From assembly GCA_964016885.1 (NCBI GenBank), contig OZ024757.1, forward strand, positions 1,798,001-1,862,000: a stretch of DNA of 64,000 bases. The letters are read 5' to 3'. Numbering within the stretch: the first letter of the stretch is position 1; each line of letters starts with the position of its first letter. Under the pieces are notes generated by a model. That model was not told the origin of the DNA. It saw nothing but the letters and a program-made list of their open reading frames with translations, and did not search any database. Of the stretch, positions 1-14,600 are shown in pieces. The translations under genes and the position numbers were made by a program. The stretch is from Eledone cirrhosa (taxonomy: Eukaryota).

Positions 1-328
1 TTAGACGGGTTGTCCTGTTGTGGGCAGTGTCTGGTCGGCTGACCATGCCTTGCTCATACAGGAACTGATCTGGCTTGATTTTTACAGCTTGATGCCCTTC
101 CTAACACCAACCTCATTTACAGTGAGTGCTGGGTGCTTTTTCGTGGCGCCTACACGTCCACTTTACAGTGTGGGCTGGGTGCTTTTTTGCCGTGGCACCT
201 CCACGACCACCTTGCGGTGGGTATGTCCATACCAGCGCAACCGCCTCTCCTGCACACAGCATTTGATTCCTCTTATGCTCAGTCTCTCTCTCAATTCATT
301 TATGCTTTGTCGTTCACGTATATTACTG

Positions 329-330
<2 letters not shown>
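1..330 (-). mobile_element. 3' fragment of RTE LINE family B plus SINE-like tail
   Basis: gttcacgtatattactgtta and the gatgcccttcctaacacca block match the 3' regions of the copies at 39.2-39.98 kb and 40.3-41.06 kb; ends in (TA)n. Confidence 0.6.
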
Positions 331-395
<65 letters not shown>

Positions 396-551
396 GCTGG
401 TAGTTGTGGTGTTATAGTCAGTAGCACCACGAGTAATCAGTTTGGTAGAAGTATATGTTAGTCATATCGACAAACGAGTAGCATGATAATGATGTCAACA
501 AGAAGAATGTTCGTGAGATGAAATGTATGTTTATTTTTGTTGTACAACAAA

Positions 552-742
552 GTAATTGTTTCTACTTTTGGCACAAGGCCATCAATTACCCAGTGCATTA
601 CTGGTACTTTATTTTATCGACCCCGTAAGGATGAAAGGCAAAGTTAACCTCGGTGGGATTTGAACTCAGACCGCAAAGGGACGTAACTATGCTGGAAAGC
701 ATGGCGTCCGACCCTCTACCGATACTGCCAAGCCACCACCCT
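552..742 (-). mobile_element. tRNA-derived SINE, family 1
   Basis: ctggtactttattttatcgaccccgtaaggatgaaaggcaaagttaacctcgg...gatttgaactcag (reverse-strand B-box-like GTTCAAATC); the same block recurs at least 7 more times in the window. Confidence 0.85.
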
Positions 743-1306
743 TTGTACAACAAAGTAATGTTTGTTAATTTGTATGGTTGAAGTTAAACATAAAAGGGTT
801 ACAAAAGGAATGTGCCATTGTGCCAGGCCCAAGGCAGGCCGGCAGGCCAAAGTGCAAATCTCACCGTTACATATTGTACGTGTCGGTCCTTCGACGTTCA
901 AGCAGCAAGAGACCAAGTGGTCTTTACTATCCCATGGTCAGGATGCGAGAGACTGATTTCTCTAATTCACTCGGGAATTTCTCCCTCAGGGCACGTAGGG
1001 ATTCATTCTCTTCTGCTGGCGCTGATTGGCTGATCTGAGCCAAATCACGCACAGAGAATGTATATGAGCCCGTGGAATGTAGGTCACTACATATATATTC
1101 ATAAATGGCAATTTCTGTCTGTTTGTGAATCTAAAATTAAAAAAACTACCAAACCGATCTTGCTGAAATTTTTCAACACCACCTCATGTATGTGCGTGTA
1201 TATATATATATGTGTGTGTGTGTGTGTATATAAATATATATATGTGTATATATATATATGTATGTGTGTGTGTGTGTATATATATATATGTATGTGTATG
1301 TATATA

Positions 1307-1357
1307 TGTGTTTAAAATACTGAAGTGTTTAAGTGAATGAATACTCAATACTGGTGT
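1307..1357 (+). repeat. 51-bp direct repeat, left copy (probable target-site duplication; right copy 5632-5682)
   Basis: tgtgtttaaaatactgaagtgtttaagtgaatgaatactcaatactggtgt is identical at both positions. Confidence 0.85.
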
Positions 1358-4300
1358 TCCAAAACAATATAAAAGAGATAATTGGCATTAAGGGTTTTGG
1401 AACAAAAGAAATAATTAGCAATAAGGGCAGGGGCCCCAGGTTATCACAGCCTAGGCCCGCCTGTCATCGTGCCACTGTAATAGAGCCAAACAAGGCATTT
1501 AGTCTTGGCTGCTGGAACGTACGGACGCTACTTAACAGGGATTCCTTGGAACGTCCTGAACGAAGGACCGCTCTTGTTGCAAAGGAGCTTTGACGTTACG
1601 ATCTTGACATCGTAGCTTTATCTGAGACGAGGTTAGCTGGAGATGGTCATCTTACAGAATTTTGTGGAGAATATACATTCTTCTGGAAAGGAAGAGATGA
1701 AGGAACCAGAAGAGAGGCTGGGGTAGCATTGCTGTTGAGACTGCTCTTGTGGATAAATTAGAAGAATTCCCAGTGGGGATTAGTGAGCGTCTTATGTCCA
1801 TGAGAATTCCGCTGGACAAAGGAAGATATGCGACCCTGGTGAGTGTGTATGCTCCAACTATGAATTCTGTCGATGAAGAAAAAGTGTCCTTTTACCATGC
1901 CTTGAAAGTCATCGTGCTTAGTGACTTAAATGCTAGAGTGGGTAGGGATTTTAACACATGGAATGTAATCAGAAGGCATGGGTGGGAAAGTGTAAAAACA
2001 ATGGTATGCTCCTGCTGCAGATGTGTGAGGAGCTGGATCTGTATGTTACCAACACCATGTTCCAACAAAAGAACAAATTTAAGACTACATGGATGCATCC
2101 TGCATCTAAGGAATGGCATCTTTTGGACTACGTCCTAGTCAGGATGCATGACAGACGGGATGTGCAGTGTGTTCGTGTTCTTCATGGAGCTGAGTGCTGG
2201 ATGGACCACCGCCTGGTATGCGCAAAAGTGAAACTAATCACTAAACGTAAAATCCGGGCTCCTGGTGTTACCCTGCCCAGAGGATTGAATGCTGCTCGTC
2301 TTAGGGATAAAAATGTGAAGAGGACATTGCAAGAAGAGACGCAGGTTGCAGATCTTGGTGAAGATTGGCCGACCCTTAAAAAGTCGGTTTATGATGTAGG
2401 CAGGCGTGTTCTGAGATTGGTGCAGAGAAAACATCAAGACTGGTTTAATGAGAATGATGAACATATAGAAGACTTGTTGGCTGATAAGAGGCGTGCTCTG
2501 TCACGCTACTTGATGATAAATAAAACCACAGGAGAAGAATATGTTGCATAAAGAACTCAAGGATGTGAAATCACGTGTTAGGCGGAGTCTTTCTCAGATG
2601 AAGGATAAGTGGTGGAGTGAGAAGGCTGATGAGATACAAACTGCGTCAGATTCCAATAACACAAAGCTGTTGTACAGTCTCTTGCGTGAAGTTTATGGAC
2701 CGTCTTCTTCTCTGGTGACACCGCTTCGCAGCAAGGATGGCAAAGAACTTCTTCGTGACTCACAAGGAATTCTACGAAGGTGGCGAGAGCACTTTCATGA
2801 ACTTTTCAATCAGCCGTCTGTCGTCAATGAAGATTTCCTCAATCTCATTCCAGAAAAACCTGTGAAAGTAGCTCTCGCAGAACCTCCAACGCTTGTGGAG
2901 GTTGCAGTGGCTATCTCGAAGCTGAACAGTGGAAGATCTCCAGGTATGGATGGCATACATGCAGAGCTCCTACAATATAGTGGTGAGAGACTCCTGCAAG
3001 ATCTTCACTCTTTGTTTGGCAGGATATGGGCTAATGAATCCGTACCTGAGGACTGGAGAGATGCAGTAATGGTGGTCTTGTACAAGGGAAAGGGTAACAG
3101 GAATGATTGTGGGAACTACAGAGGTATATCATTGCTTTATGTTGTAGGGAAAGTTTTATGTAGGGTGCTTCTGGACCGTCTGCTGACACACATTGCAGAT
3201 TGTGTTCTTCCTGAAAGTCAATCTGGTTTTCGTGCTGGACGCGACACTACTGATATGATCTTCTCAGCTAGACAGCTCCAGGAGAAGTGCATGGAACAAG
3301 GTTTGGATCTGTATCAGGTTTTTGTCAATCTGACAAAAGCTTTCGATACTGTTAACAGAAATGGATTATGGAAAGTTCTCCAGAAACTTGGTTGCCCTGA
3401 TAAGTTCCTTGCTTTAGTTAGGTCTTTCCATGACGACATGAAGGCTTGGGTTAATGTCGGAGGTAACATGTCGGAGCCTATCTCAGTAAAAAATGGAGTG
3501 AAACGGGGATATTCCAGCACCGACCCTGTTTGCCATATACTTGGCAATGGTTTTCTATATTGCATTCAGGAATTGCGAGCATGGTATTTACATCCAATAT
3601 CGAACCTCAGGCAGCAGATTTAACATCAGGCGCTTTGCTGCAAAAACAAAAGTATTTACATCAATCATAAGAGACCTCTTGTATGCAGATGATTGCGATC
3701 TTGTAGCGCACACCGAGTGATATGCAGCACATTTTGAATGCATTTTCTGACGCTTGCACTGCCCTAGGATTGACTGTCAATCTCAAGAAGACCGTTGACA
3801 TGTACCAACCTGCCCCTGGTAAGCAGTACAGTGAACGAAATATCTATGTGTATGGTAAATGACTTGGAGTGGTTGATCAGTTTGTCTACCTGGGAAGCAC
3901 TGTCAATCGATACAGCAACCTTGACAGTGAAATCTCACTTAGGATTAGGAAAGCAAGTGATACTTTCGGAAAGCTAGAAAGGCGACTCTGGGGTCGGCGA
4001 GACATATGCAGGAGGACAAAGGTAAAGGTGTACAAGGCATGTGTGCTCTCTTGTCTTCTTTATGCCTGCGAGACCTGGGTCACATATCGACACCACCTTA
4101 AGCAATTGGAGCGTTTCCATCAGATGTGTCTCAGACAGATCCATGGCGTTCACTGGAGGGACCACATCAGTGATGTCGAGATTTTGGAAAGCTCTCTGTG
4201 TGACAGTATACAAGCTCTTGTACTTAAGCAACGACTCTGTTGGAGTGGTCACCTTGCCAGAATGAAGGATTCTAGAATACCAAAACAACTCTTTTATGGA

Positions 4301-4870
4301 GAGTTAGTTAAAGGAAAACGACCGCCACATAAACCAAAAAAGAGGTATAAGGATTCCTTGAAAGCCTCTTTGAAAGACGCTAACATCTCTGCTGATACAT
4401 GGGAAAATGTTGCTGTTGATCGTAATAAATGGAGAAAGACTGTATATGAGGGGTAAGTTGCCTTTGAGGCCTCTCGAATCGCATACGAGAAAGTAAAGCG
4501 GGATGTGAGGAAGGGCATTACTGTTGCATTTCCAGACGGCGAAGGTTCTCCTATGGTGTTGGCATGCAGCGTCTGTGCGAGACTCTGCCTAAGCAAAGAT
4601 GGACTCAAAAGTCATCTTCGCAGTCATAAAGTAAGACCAGTGGTTGACTACCAGGCTGCTGTTGGAGATGCTACTCGTCATACTTGCCAAGCATGTGGTA
4701 GAGAATGTAAATCAACAGGAGGGCTCAAACGACATGCAAAAGTACACAAACTCCAACCACAGCTGACTATTCCCAGTGAATGTTTTGGTTGCCGACTCTG
4801 TGCAAGACATTTTAGACCATTGGCTGGGCTAAAAAGCCACATTCGATCGCAGCACTGTTAATTGCTATAG
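1358..4870 (+). mobile_element. Near full-length RTE (BovB-like) LINE, frameshifted: AP endonuclease, RT, C-terminal C2H2 zinc fingers
   Basis: Motifs CWNVRTL, ERRTALVAKEL, SVYAPT, DLNARVG, DHRLV, NYRGISLL, ESQSGFR, LTKAFDTV, LYADD (~3680), FVYLGS, WSGHLARM, RIPKQLFYGEL. Several stops and frameshifts; followed by a (TG)n tail. Confidence 0.93.
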
Positions 4871-4934
4871 TGTGTGTGTGTGTAGATATGTTTGTGTGTG
4901 TGTGTGTGGATATATATCTGTGTATATTATTATT

Positions 4935-5125
4935 GTTGGGTGGATTAGCAGTATCGGTAGAGGGTCGGACGCCATGCTTTGCAGTACAGTTACGTCCCTT
5001 TATGGACTGAGTTCAAATCCCGCCAAGGTCAACTTTGCCTTTCATCCTTACGGGGTCGATAAAATAAAGTACCAGTAATGCACTGGGATAATTGGTGGCC
5101 TTGTGCCAAAAGTAGAAACAATTAT
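4935..5125 (+). mobile_element. SINE family 1
   Basis: ggattagcagtatcggtagag...gagttcaaatcccgcc...gcctttcatccttacggggtcgataaaataaagtaccag. Confidence 0.85.
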
Positions 5126-5245
5126 CATTGTTGTTGTTGTCTTTATTATTATTGTCGTTATTATTATTATTATTATGGTTTTTTTTTTTTTCTCGTGCAT
5201 TGGCCATACTCCATAACGAGGGGGTAGCCATCATATATATATATA

Positions 5246-5592
5246 TGAAGGCACATGGCTTAGTGGTTAGAGAATTGGCTTTGCAATCGAAAGGTTGTGA
5301 GTTCAATTCTCAGACCGGGTGATGTGTTGTTTCTTTGAGCAAGACACTTTATTTCACATTGCTCCAGTTTACTCAGCTGTAGAAATGAGATGATAGGGAC
5401 TGGGGTCCATAACATTCCACTGTAAAGTGGACGTGGAGGTGCCACAGTAAAAAAAGCATCCAGCACTCACTGTAAATGAGGTTGGTGTTAGGAAGGGCAT
5501 CCAGCTGTAGAAATCAAGCCAGAATCAGTTCCCGTCCCACCCTTGCAAGCAGGGAAAAAGCGGACGTAAAATGAAATGATGATGATGATGAT
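5246..5592 (+). mobile_element. tRNA-derived SINE family 2 with RTE-derived 3' tail
   Basis: A box tggcttagtgg, B-box-like gagttcaattc, core ttgagcaagacactt. The 3' end cccacccttgcaagcagggaaaaagcggacgtaaaatga(tga)n matches the RTE 3' ends at 35.38 and 55.6 kb. Confidence 0.8.
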
Positions 5593-5848
5593 ATATATAT
5601 ATATGTGTGTGTGTGTATGTGTATATATATGTGTGTTTAAAATACTGAAGTGTTTAAGTGAATGAATACTCAATACTGGTGTGTAGAGTGTAGAAATTTA
5701 TTTTCAAAGTAGAAAAATAGCAGTAACTTCGAAGTTTCAGGTATAAATGTGTGGAGCTTATTAAATAAAATCTGGTAAAACTAGGCGATTTGTTTTCATC
5801 GTTTTATATTTTTTTTTCTTGCTATGAAAAACTTTATTACAGTTGAAT

Positions 5849-6145
5849 TATATCTACAAGTGTCCTAGCAGTAACTGTATTATATCTACAAGTGTCCTAG
5901 CAGTAACTGTATTATATCTATTAGTGTCCTAGCAGTAACTGTATTATATCTACAAGTGTCCTAGCAGTAACTGTATTATATCTACAAGTGTCCTAGCAGT
6001 AATTGTATTATATCTACAAGTGTCCTAGCAGTAACTGTATTATATCTACAAGTGTCCTAGCAGTAACTGTATTATATCTACAAGTGTCCTAGCAGTAACT
6101 GTATTATATCTGTATTATATCTACAAGTGTCCTAGCAGTAATTGT
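5849..6145. repeat. 32-bp minisatellite, about 9 copies
   Basis: Unit tatatctacaagtgtcctagcagtaactgtat. Confidence 0.95.
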
Positions 6146-6329
6146 ATTTATTACAGTTGTATAAATTTACAGCAGAATAAAGTTGCAAATATGTTTTAAA
6201 TATATACCTAAATAACATAACAAAGGCGTAAACAACACTAAAAATTGCTCGCAATTCGTTGAGAAGGACAAATATGTCTAAACCGTGTATAATAACACAA
6301 TAATATAAATTGATGAACAAAAATGATAA

Positions 6330-6512
6330 AGGAAAGAAGGGGGTCGGGTTCACCACCAGGTGTGATAATCTGCAACACCTCATACCTTGGGGGTTAACTG
6401 CACACTTTGGGGCTAACCAGCAGGCTGGCAGCATTACCACGGGTGGTGGCAAGGCTAAGACACTGAAATAACCAGGCACCCTCACGGGCATCAACTGACA
6501 CCTCAGCTATTT
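6330..6512. repeat. Unclassified interspersed repeat (related copies at 26690-26880 and, inverted, ~42890-42990)
   Basis: ggtggtggcaaggctaagacactgaaataaccaggcaccctcacgggcatca resembles ggtgatggcgaggctgagattctggaacaacccagcgccctcacaagcatca. Confidence 0.6.
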
Positions 6513-7371
6513 ACATATTTGTTGTTATTGATATAAGTAAAAAAAAAGTGAAAGAGACAAATTGTTTCTCATGGTACTCCATGCGGGTAAATAGGATTGT
6601 AAAAGACTTTCTTCAGTACCTAGATAGTACACAAAAATATCACATGATCCATATGACAGGGGCAAAGTGTCCGAACACGGAAGTGCCGAACTCCCACTGT
6701 CATCACCTCCATCTCTCTGTATGGTGAGCAAATGGGGACCCACGTGTTGGATGCACACCAGCCCTGGCGGACAGAATGGAGAAGGTGTTTCCCTGGAGGA
6801 TGGTAAGGGAGATGCGCTGGAAGAGCCATTCCATCTCGCCAGGCTCACACCTGCGGTTGTTATCTATGTTTTCATTTTTATTTCAAGATTTATCGACAAA
6901 TGTTACAAGTATATTTAAATAATTTACTTTAACGATATCTTTATTTTATTTTATAACAATTTAAATCAATTAAAACATTGCGATAATTAATTAAAATAAA
7001 TAAATGGTAAGATTATTTCGAAAAGAAATATATTTGTTTACGATGTAATTAGTTGTTAATCCCGCAGTGAATGCAATTAACTGCTGACAGGTTCGTGTTT
7101 CCCAACAATCTCTTTATCACCAAAATATTTATCTAACGTGAGTTTTCTTCTTTATTTTATCGAAACATCTGACTGTATTTCTTATAAAAGACATTGCATA
7201 TTATTTTCTAAATAATCAAGAATTTGTAATCAATTAATTAAGACCGGTGTATTCGGTTGCTGATAAGGACGAGGTAAAGTTTTGTAAGGTTTTTGATATG
7301 AAATCTTGTTGAAAAATATATTGTTATATTTGTGGAGGGCCATGTTGTTATAATATTGCTTTCTGATTTAT

Positions 7372-7505
7372 ATACAAGGCCAATAATTATGTTGGAGGGG
7401 AAAAGTCGATTAAATCGAACCAGTAAATTACTGGTACTTTACTTTATTGACCCCTTAAGGACGAAAAGCGAAGCTAACCTCGGCGGGATTTGAACTCGGA
7501 ACGTT
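7372..7505 (-). mobile_element. SINE family 1, diverged copy
   Basis: ctggtacttt...gaccccttaaggacgaaaagcgaagctaacctcggcgggatttgaactcg. Confidence 0.7.
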
Positions 7506-7644
7506 ACCACTCACTGTTTCGTTTGGTTTTTCGCTTCAGTATATTTATATATTTTTATATTTCCATAAATAATTTAGCTGGCAATCAATGTTTATTATTG
7601 ATTGGCCAACAGTAAAAATATAGATATAAATATATATAAAATAA

Positions 7645-8116
7645 TAATAATGAAATTATTGTGTAAAGTGCTCAGGTGCACTACAACTCGTCAATATAGT
7701 ACATAGAATAATACACAAATGTCAGGGAAGTACATGTGTGTATGTGTTAGCTGTTCTGTTGGCGGATCTCGGGAAGCATGGAGGCCTTAAAGGATGCAGT
7801 GTCTCGACAGCTAACAACTGATGCAGGTAGTTTGTTCCATGCTTCAGCAACTCTGAGCGTGAAAAAATGTTTCCGAAAGTCATGGGAACTGTGCTGTTTT
7901 CTGACTTTGTGGGCATGTCCACGTGTGTTAGACACATGGAAATCGAAAAGGTACTCGGGGTTGTTGTTGGCAACATGGTTAACAATTTTGTGGGTGTTTA
8001 CCAAGTCAGTTGCCAGGCGTCGGAGCTTCAATGTATCCATGCCCAGGGAAGCAAGGCGCTCAGAGTATGGTAGATGCCTGATGGAGGGTATTCGCTTGGT
8101 TGCACGTCTCTGAACA
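7645..8116 (-). mobile_element. 3' fragment of CR1/L2-clade LINE
   Basis: VQRRATKRIP..LPYSERL..RRLATDL..NTRGH..HFFTLRVAEAWNKLP is a typical CR1/L2 ORF2 C-terminus; 5'-truncated. Confidence 0.88.
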
Positions 8117-8144
8117 GTATATATATTTATAGTAATAATTATTT

Positions 8145-8326
8145 TTACTTTTGACACAAGGCCAGCTATTACTCCAGTGTATTACTGGTACTTTATTTTA
8201 TCGACCCCGTAAGGATGAAAGGCAAAGTTAATCTAGGCGAGATTTAACCTCAGAATAGTAAGGGCCGTAACTCAATGCGTCAAAGCATGGCGTCCGACCC
8301 TCTACCGATACTGCCAATCCACCGCG
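8145..8326 (-). mobile_element. SINE family 1
   Basis: Same diagnostic block as 552-742. Confidence 0.85.
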
Positions 8327-8349
8327 TAACCGTCAATATAATATTACAA

Positions 8350-8658
8350 ACTAACTGAGGTACCCAGCTTCGCCCAGGAGAACAGAGAAATCGACTGTGT
8401 TGGATGTGTTGTCTGGTATGAGGTGGGACTGTAATGTCTGAGACAAACAAACAAAACAATCATAAAATTTCCTGATTAGGTTGGGAGAGTAAACTGCTGA
8501 TTAAATGGTAGCATTGGCTTTCGATTTTAAATATGAAATAACCATAGTCAGTATGATCTTCTGTGTGTGTATGTATTTGTGTATGTGAGTGTGTGAGTGT
8601 ATATGGTTTTCGTGTGATTCAACCAACCAATAAACATCTTTTATATTATACATAGATA
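8350..8658 (+). mobile_element. Helentron-associated (HINE/DINE-1-like) non-autonomous element, candidate
   Basis: Starts actaactg..cccagcttcgcccagg and ends ttttatattatacatagat; the same end architecture occurs at 32089-32640 and 44326-45223. Confidence 0.5.
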
Positions 8659-8673
8659 GAAAGAGAAAAAATG

Positions 8674-11600
8674 TAGGTAATACAAATATCTAGGACCACA
8701 TACAACACACAACCAGGTAATACACACATCTAGGACCACGTACAACACACAAGCAGGTAATACCTACATCTAGGACCACGTACAACACACAAGCAGGTAA
8801 TACCTACATCTAGAACCACATACAACACACAACCAGGTAATACACATATCTAGGACTACATACAACACACAACCAGGTAATACACACATCTACGACCACA
8901 TACAACACATAACCAGGTAATATATACATCTAGGACCTCATACAACACACCAGTAGGTAATATATACATCTAGGACCACATTCAACACATAACCAGGTAA
9001 TACACACATCTAGGACCACATACAACACACAATCAGGTAATACACACATCTAGGACCACGTACAACACATAACCAGGTAATATATACATCTAGGACCACA
9101 TTCAACACATAACCAGGTAATACATACATCTAGGACTACATACAACACATAACCAAGTAATACATACATCTAGGACCACATACAACACACAAGCAGGTAA
9201 TACACACATCTAGGACCAAATTCAACACACAAGCAGGTAATACACACATCTAGGACCACATACAACACACAAGCAGGTAATATATACATCTAGGACCACA
9301 TACAACACAAGCAGGTAATATATACATCTAGAACCACATACAACACACAACCAGGTAATACACATATCTAGGACTACATACAACACATAACCAGGTAATA
9401 TATACATCTAGGACCACATTCAACACATAACCAGGTAATACACACATCTAGGACCACATACAACACACAACCAGATAATACACACATCTAGGACCACATA
9501 CAACACACAAGCAGGTAATATATACATCTAGGACCACATACAACACACAAGCAGGTAATACACACATCTAGGACCACATACAACACACAAGCAGGTAATA
9601 TATACATCTAGGACCACATACAACACAAGCAGGTAATATATACATCTAGGACCACATACAACACAAGCAGGTAATATATACATCTACAACCACATACAAC
9701 ACATAACCAGGTAATATATACATCTAGGACCACATTCAACACATAACCAGGTAATACACACATCTAGGACCACATACAACACACAACCAGATAATACACA
9801 CATCTAGGACCACATACAACACACAAGCAGGTAATATATACTTCTAGGACCACATACAACACACAAGCAGGTAATACACACATCCAGGACCACATACAAC
9901 ACACAAGCAGGTAATACACATATCTAGGACCACATACAACGCACAAGCAGGTAATACATACATCCAGGACCACATACAACACACAAGCAGGTAATACATA
10001 CATCTAGGACCACATACAACACACAAGCAGGTAATACATACATCCAGGACTACATACAACACACAAGCAGGTAATACATACCTCTAGGACCACATACAAC
10101 ACAACAGCAGGTAATACACATATCTAGACCCACATACAACACACAAGCAGGTAATACACACATATAGGACCACATACAACACACAAGCAGGTAATACACA
10201 TATCTAGGACCACATACAACACACAAGCAGGTAATACATACATCTAGGACCACATACAACACAACAGCAGGTAATACACATATCTAGGACCAAATACAAC
10301 ACAGCAGCAGGTAATACATACATCTAGGACCACATACAACACACAAGCAGGTAATACATACATCCAGGACCACATACAACACACAAGCAGGTAATACATA
10401 CATCTAGGACCACATACAACACAACAGCAGGTAATACACATATCTAGGACCACATACAACACACAAGCAGGTAATACATACATCCAGGACCACATACAAC
10501 ACACAAGCAGGTAATACACACATCTAGGACCAAATACAACACAGCAGCAGGTAATACATACATCTAGGACCACATACAACACACAAGCAGGTAATACATA
10601 CATCCAGGACTACATACAACACACAAGCAGGTAATACATACCTCTAGGACCACATACAACACAACAGCAGGTAATACACATATCTAGGATCACATACAAC
10701 ACACAAGCAGATAATACATACATCTAGGACCACATACAACACACAAGCAGGTAATACACACATCTAGGACTACATACAACACACAAGCAGGTAATACATA
10801 CATCTAGGACCACATACAACCCACAAGCAGGTAATACACACATCTAGGACCACATACAACACACAAGCAGGTAATACATACATCTAGGACCACATACAAC
10901 CCACAAGCAGGTAATACATACATCCAGGACCACATACAACACACAAGCAGGTAATACACACATACAACACACAAGCAGGTAATACACATATCTAGGACCA
11001 CATACAACACACAAGCAGGTAATACATACATCCAGGACCACATACAAGACACAAGCAGGTAATATATACATCTAGGACCACATATAGTACATAAGCAGGT
11101 AATACACATATATAGGACCACATACAACACAAGCAGTTAATACACATATCTAGGACCACATACAACACACAAGCAGGTAATACACACATATAGAACCACA
11201 TACAACGCACAAGCAGGTAATACACATATCTAGGACCACATACAACACACAAGCAGGTAATACATACATATAGGACCACACAACACACAAGCAGGTAATA
11301 CATACATCTAGGACAACATACAACACACAAGCAGGTAATACACACATCTAGGACCAAATACAACACAGCAGCAGGTAATACATACATCTAGGACCACATA
11401 CAACACACAAGCAGGTAATACATACCTCTAGGACCACATACAACACAACAGCAGGTAATACACATATCTAGGACCACATACAACACACAAGCAGATAATA
11501 CACACATCTAGGATCACATACAACACACAAGCAGATAATACATACATCTAGGACCACATACAACCCACAAGCAGGTAATAAATACATCTAGGACCACATA

Positions 11601-14600
11601 CAACACACAAGCAGCTAATAAATACATCTAGGACCACATACAACACACAAGCAGCTAATAAATACATCTAGGACCACATACAACACACAAGCAGGTAATA
11701 CACACATATAGGACCACACAACACACAACCAGGTAATACACATATCTAGGACCACATACAACACACAAGCAGGTAATACATACATATAGGACCACACAAC
11801 ACACAAGCAGGTAATACATACATCTAGGACCACATACAACACACAAGCAGGTAATACACACATCTAGGACCAAATACAACACAGCAGCAGGTAATACATA
11901 CATCTAGGACCACATACAACACACAAGCAGGTAATACATACATCCAGGACCACATACAACACACAAGCAGGTAATACATACATCTAGGACCACATACAAC
12001 ACAACAGCAGGTAATACACATATCTAGGACCACATACAACACACAAGCAGGTAATACATACATCTAGGACCACATACAACACAACAGCAGGTAATACACA
12101 TATCTAGGACCACATACAACACACAAGCAGGTAATACATACATCTAGGACCACATACAACACAACAGCAGGTAATACACATATCTAGGACCACATACAAC
12201 ACACAAGCAGGTAATACATACATCTAGGACCAAATACAACACACAAGCAGATAGTACATACATCTAGGACCACATACAACACACAAGCAGGTAATACATA
12301 CATCCAGGACCACATACAACACACAAGCAGGTAATACACACATCTAGGACCAAATACAACACAGCAGCAGGTAATACATACATCTAGGACCACATACAAC
12401 ACACAAGCAGGTAATACATACATCCAGGACTACATACAACACACAAGCAGGTAATACATACCTCTAGGACCACATACAACACAACAGCAGGTAATACATA
12501 CATATAGGACCACACAACACACAAGCAGGTAATACATACATCTAGGACAACATACAACACACAAGCAGGTAATACACACATCTAGGACCAAATACAACAC
12601 AGCAGCAGGTAATACATACATCTAGGACCACATACAACACACAAGCAGGTAATACATACCTCTAGGACCACATACAACACAACAGCAGGTAATACACATA
12701 TCTAGGACCACATACAACACACAAGCAGATAATACACACATCTAGGATCACATACAACACACAAGCAGATAATACATACATCTAGGACCACATACAACCC
12801 ACAAGCAGGTAATAAATACATCTAGGACCACATACAACACACAAGCAGCTAATAAATACATCTAGGACCACATACAACACACAAGCAGCTAATAAATACA
12901 TCTAGGACCACATACAACACACAAGCAGGTAATACACACATTTAGGACCACACAACACACAACCAGGTAATACACATATCTAGGACCACATACAACACAC
13001 AAGCAGGTAATACATACATATAGGACCACACAACACACAAGCAGGTAATACATACATCTAGGACCACATACAACACAAAAGCAGGTAATACACACATCTA
13101 GGACCAAATACAACACAGCAGCAGGTAATACATACATCTAGGACCACATACAACACACAAGCAGGTAATACATACATCCAGGACCACATACAACACACAA
13201 GCAGGTAATACATACATCTAGGACCACATACAACACAACAGCAGGTAATACATATATCTAGGACCACATACAACACACAAGCAGGTAATACATACATCTA
13301 GGACCACATACAACACAACAGCAGGTAATACACATATCTAGGACCACATACAACACACAAGCAGGTAATACATACATCTAGGACCACATACAACACAACA
13401 GCAGGTAATACACATATCTAGGACCACATACAACACACAAGCAGGTAATACATACATCTAGGACCAAATACAACACACAAGCAGATAGTACATACATCTA
13501 GGACCACATACAACACACAAGCAGGTAATACATACATCCAGGACCACATACAACACACAAGCAGGTAATACACACATCTAGGACCAAATACAACACAGCA
13601 GCAGGTAATACATACATCTAGGACCACATACAACACACAAGCAGGTAATACATACATCCAGGACTACATACAACACACAAGCAGGTAATACATACCTCTA
13701 GGACCACATACAACACAACAGCAGGTAATACACATATCTAGGACCACATACAACACAAGCAGATAATACACACATCTAGGACCAAATACAACACAGCAGC
13801 AGGTAATACATACATCTAGGACCACATACAACACACAAGCAGGTAATACATACATCCAGGACCACATACAACACACAAGCAGGTAATACATACATCTAGG
13901 ACCACATACAACACAACAGCAGGTAATACACATATCTAGGACCACATACAACACACAAGCAGGTAATACATACATCCAGGACCACATACAACACACAAGC
14001 AGGTAATACACACATCTAGGACCAAATACAACACAGCAGCAGGTAATACATACATCTAGGACCACATACAACACACAAGCAGGTAATACATACATCCAGG
14101 ACTACATACAACACACAAGCAGGTAATACATACCTCTAGGACCACATACAACACAACAGCAGGTAATACACATATCTAGGACCACATACAACACACAAGC
14201 AGATAATACACACATCTAGGATCACATACAACACACAAGCAGATAATACATACATCTAGGACCACATACAACACACAAGCAGGTAATACACACATCTAGG
14301 ACTACATACAACACACAAGCAGGTAATACATACATCTAGGACCACATACAACCCACAAGCAGGTAATACATGCATCTAGGACCATATACAACACACAAGC
14401 AGGTAATACATACATCCAGGACCACATACAACACACAAGCAGGTAATACACACATCCAGGACCACATACAACACACAAGCAGGTAATACACATATCTAGG
14501 ACCACATACAACGCACAAGCAGGTAATACATACATCCAGGACCACATACAACACACAAGCAGGTAATACATACATCTAGGACCACATACAACACACAAGC

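Noticed and set aside
5246-5325. tRNA-like sequence
   Set aside because: A and B boxes belong to a SINE head; there is no complete cloverleaf or acceptor stem, and it continues into the SINE core.
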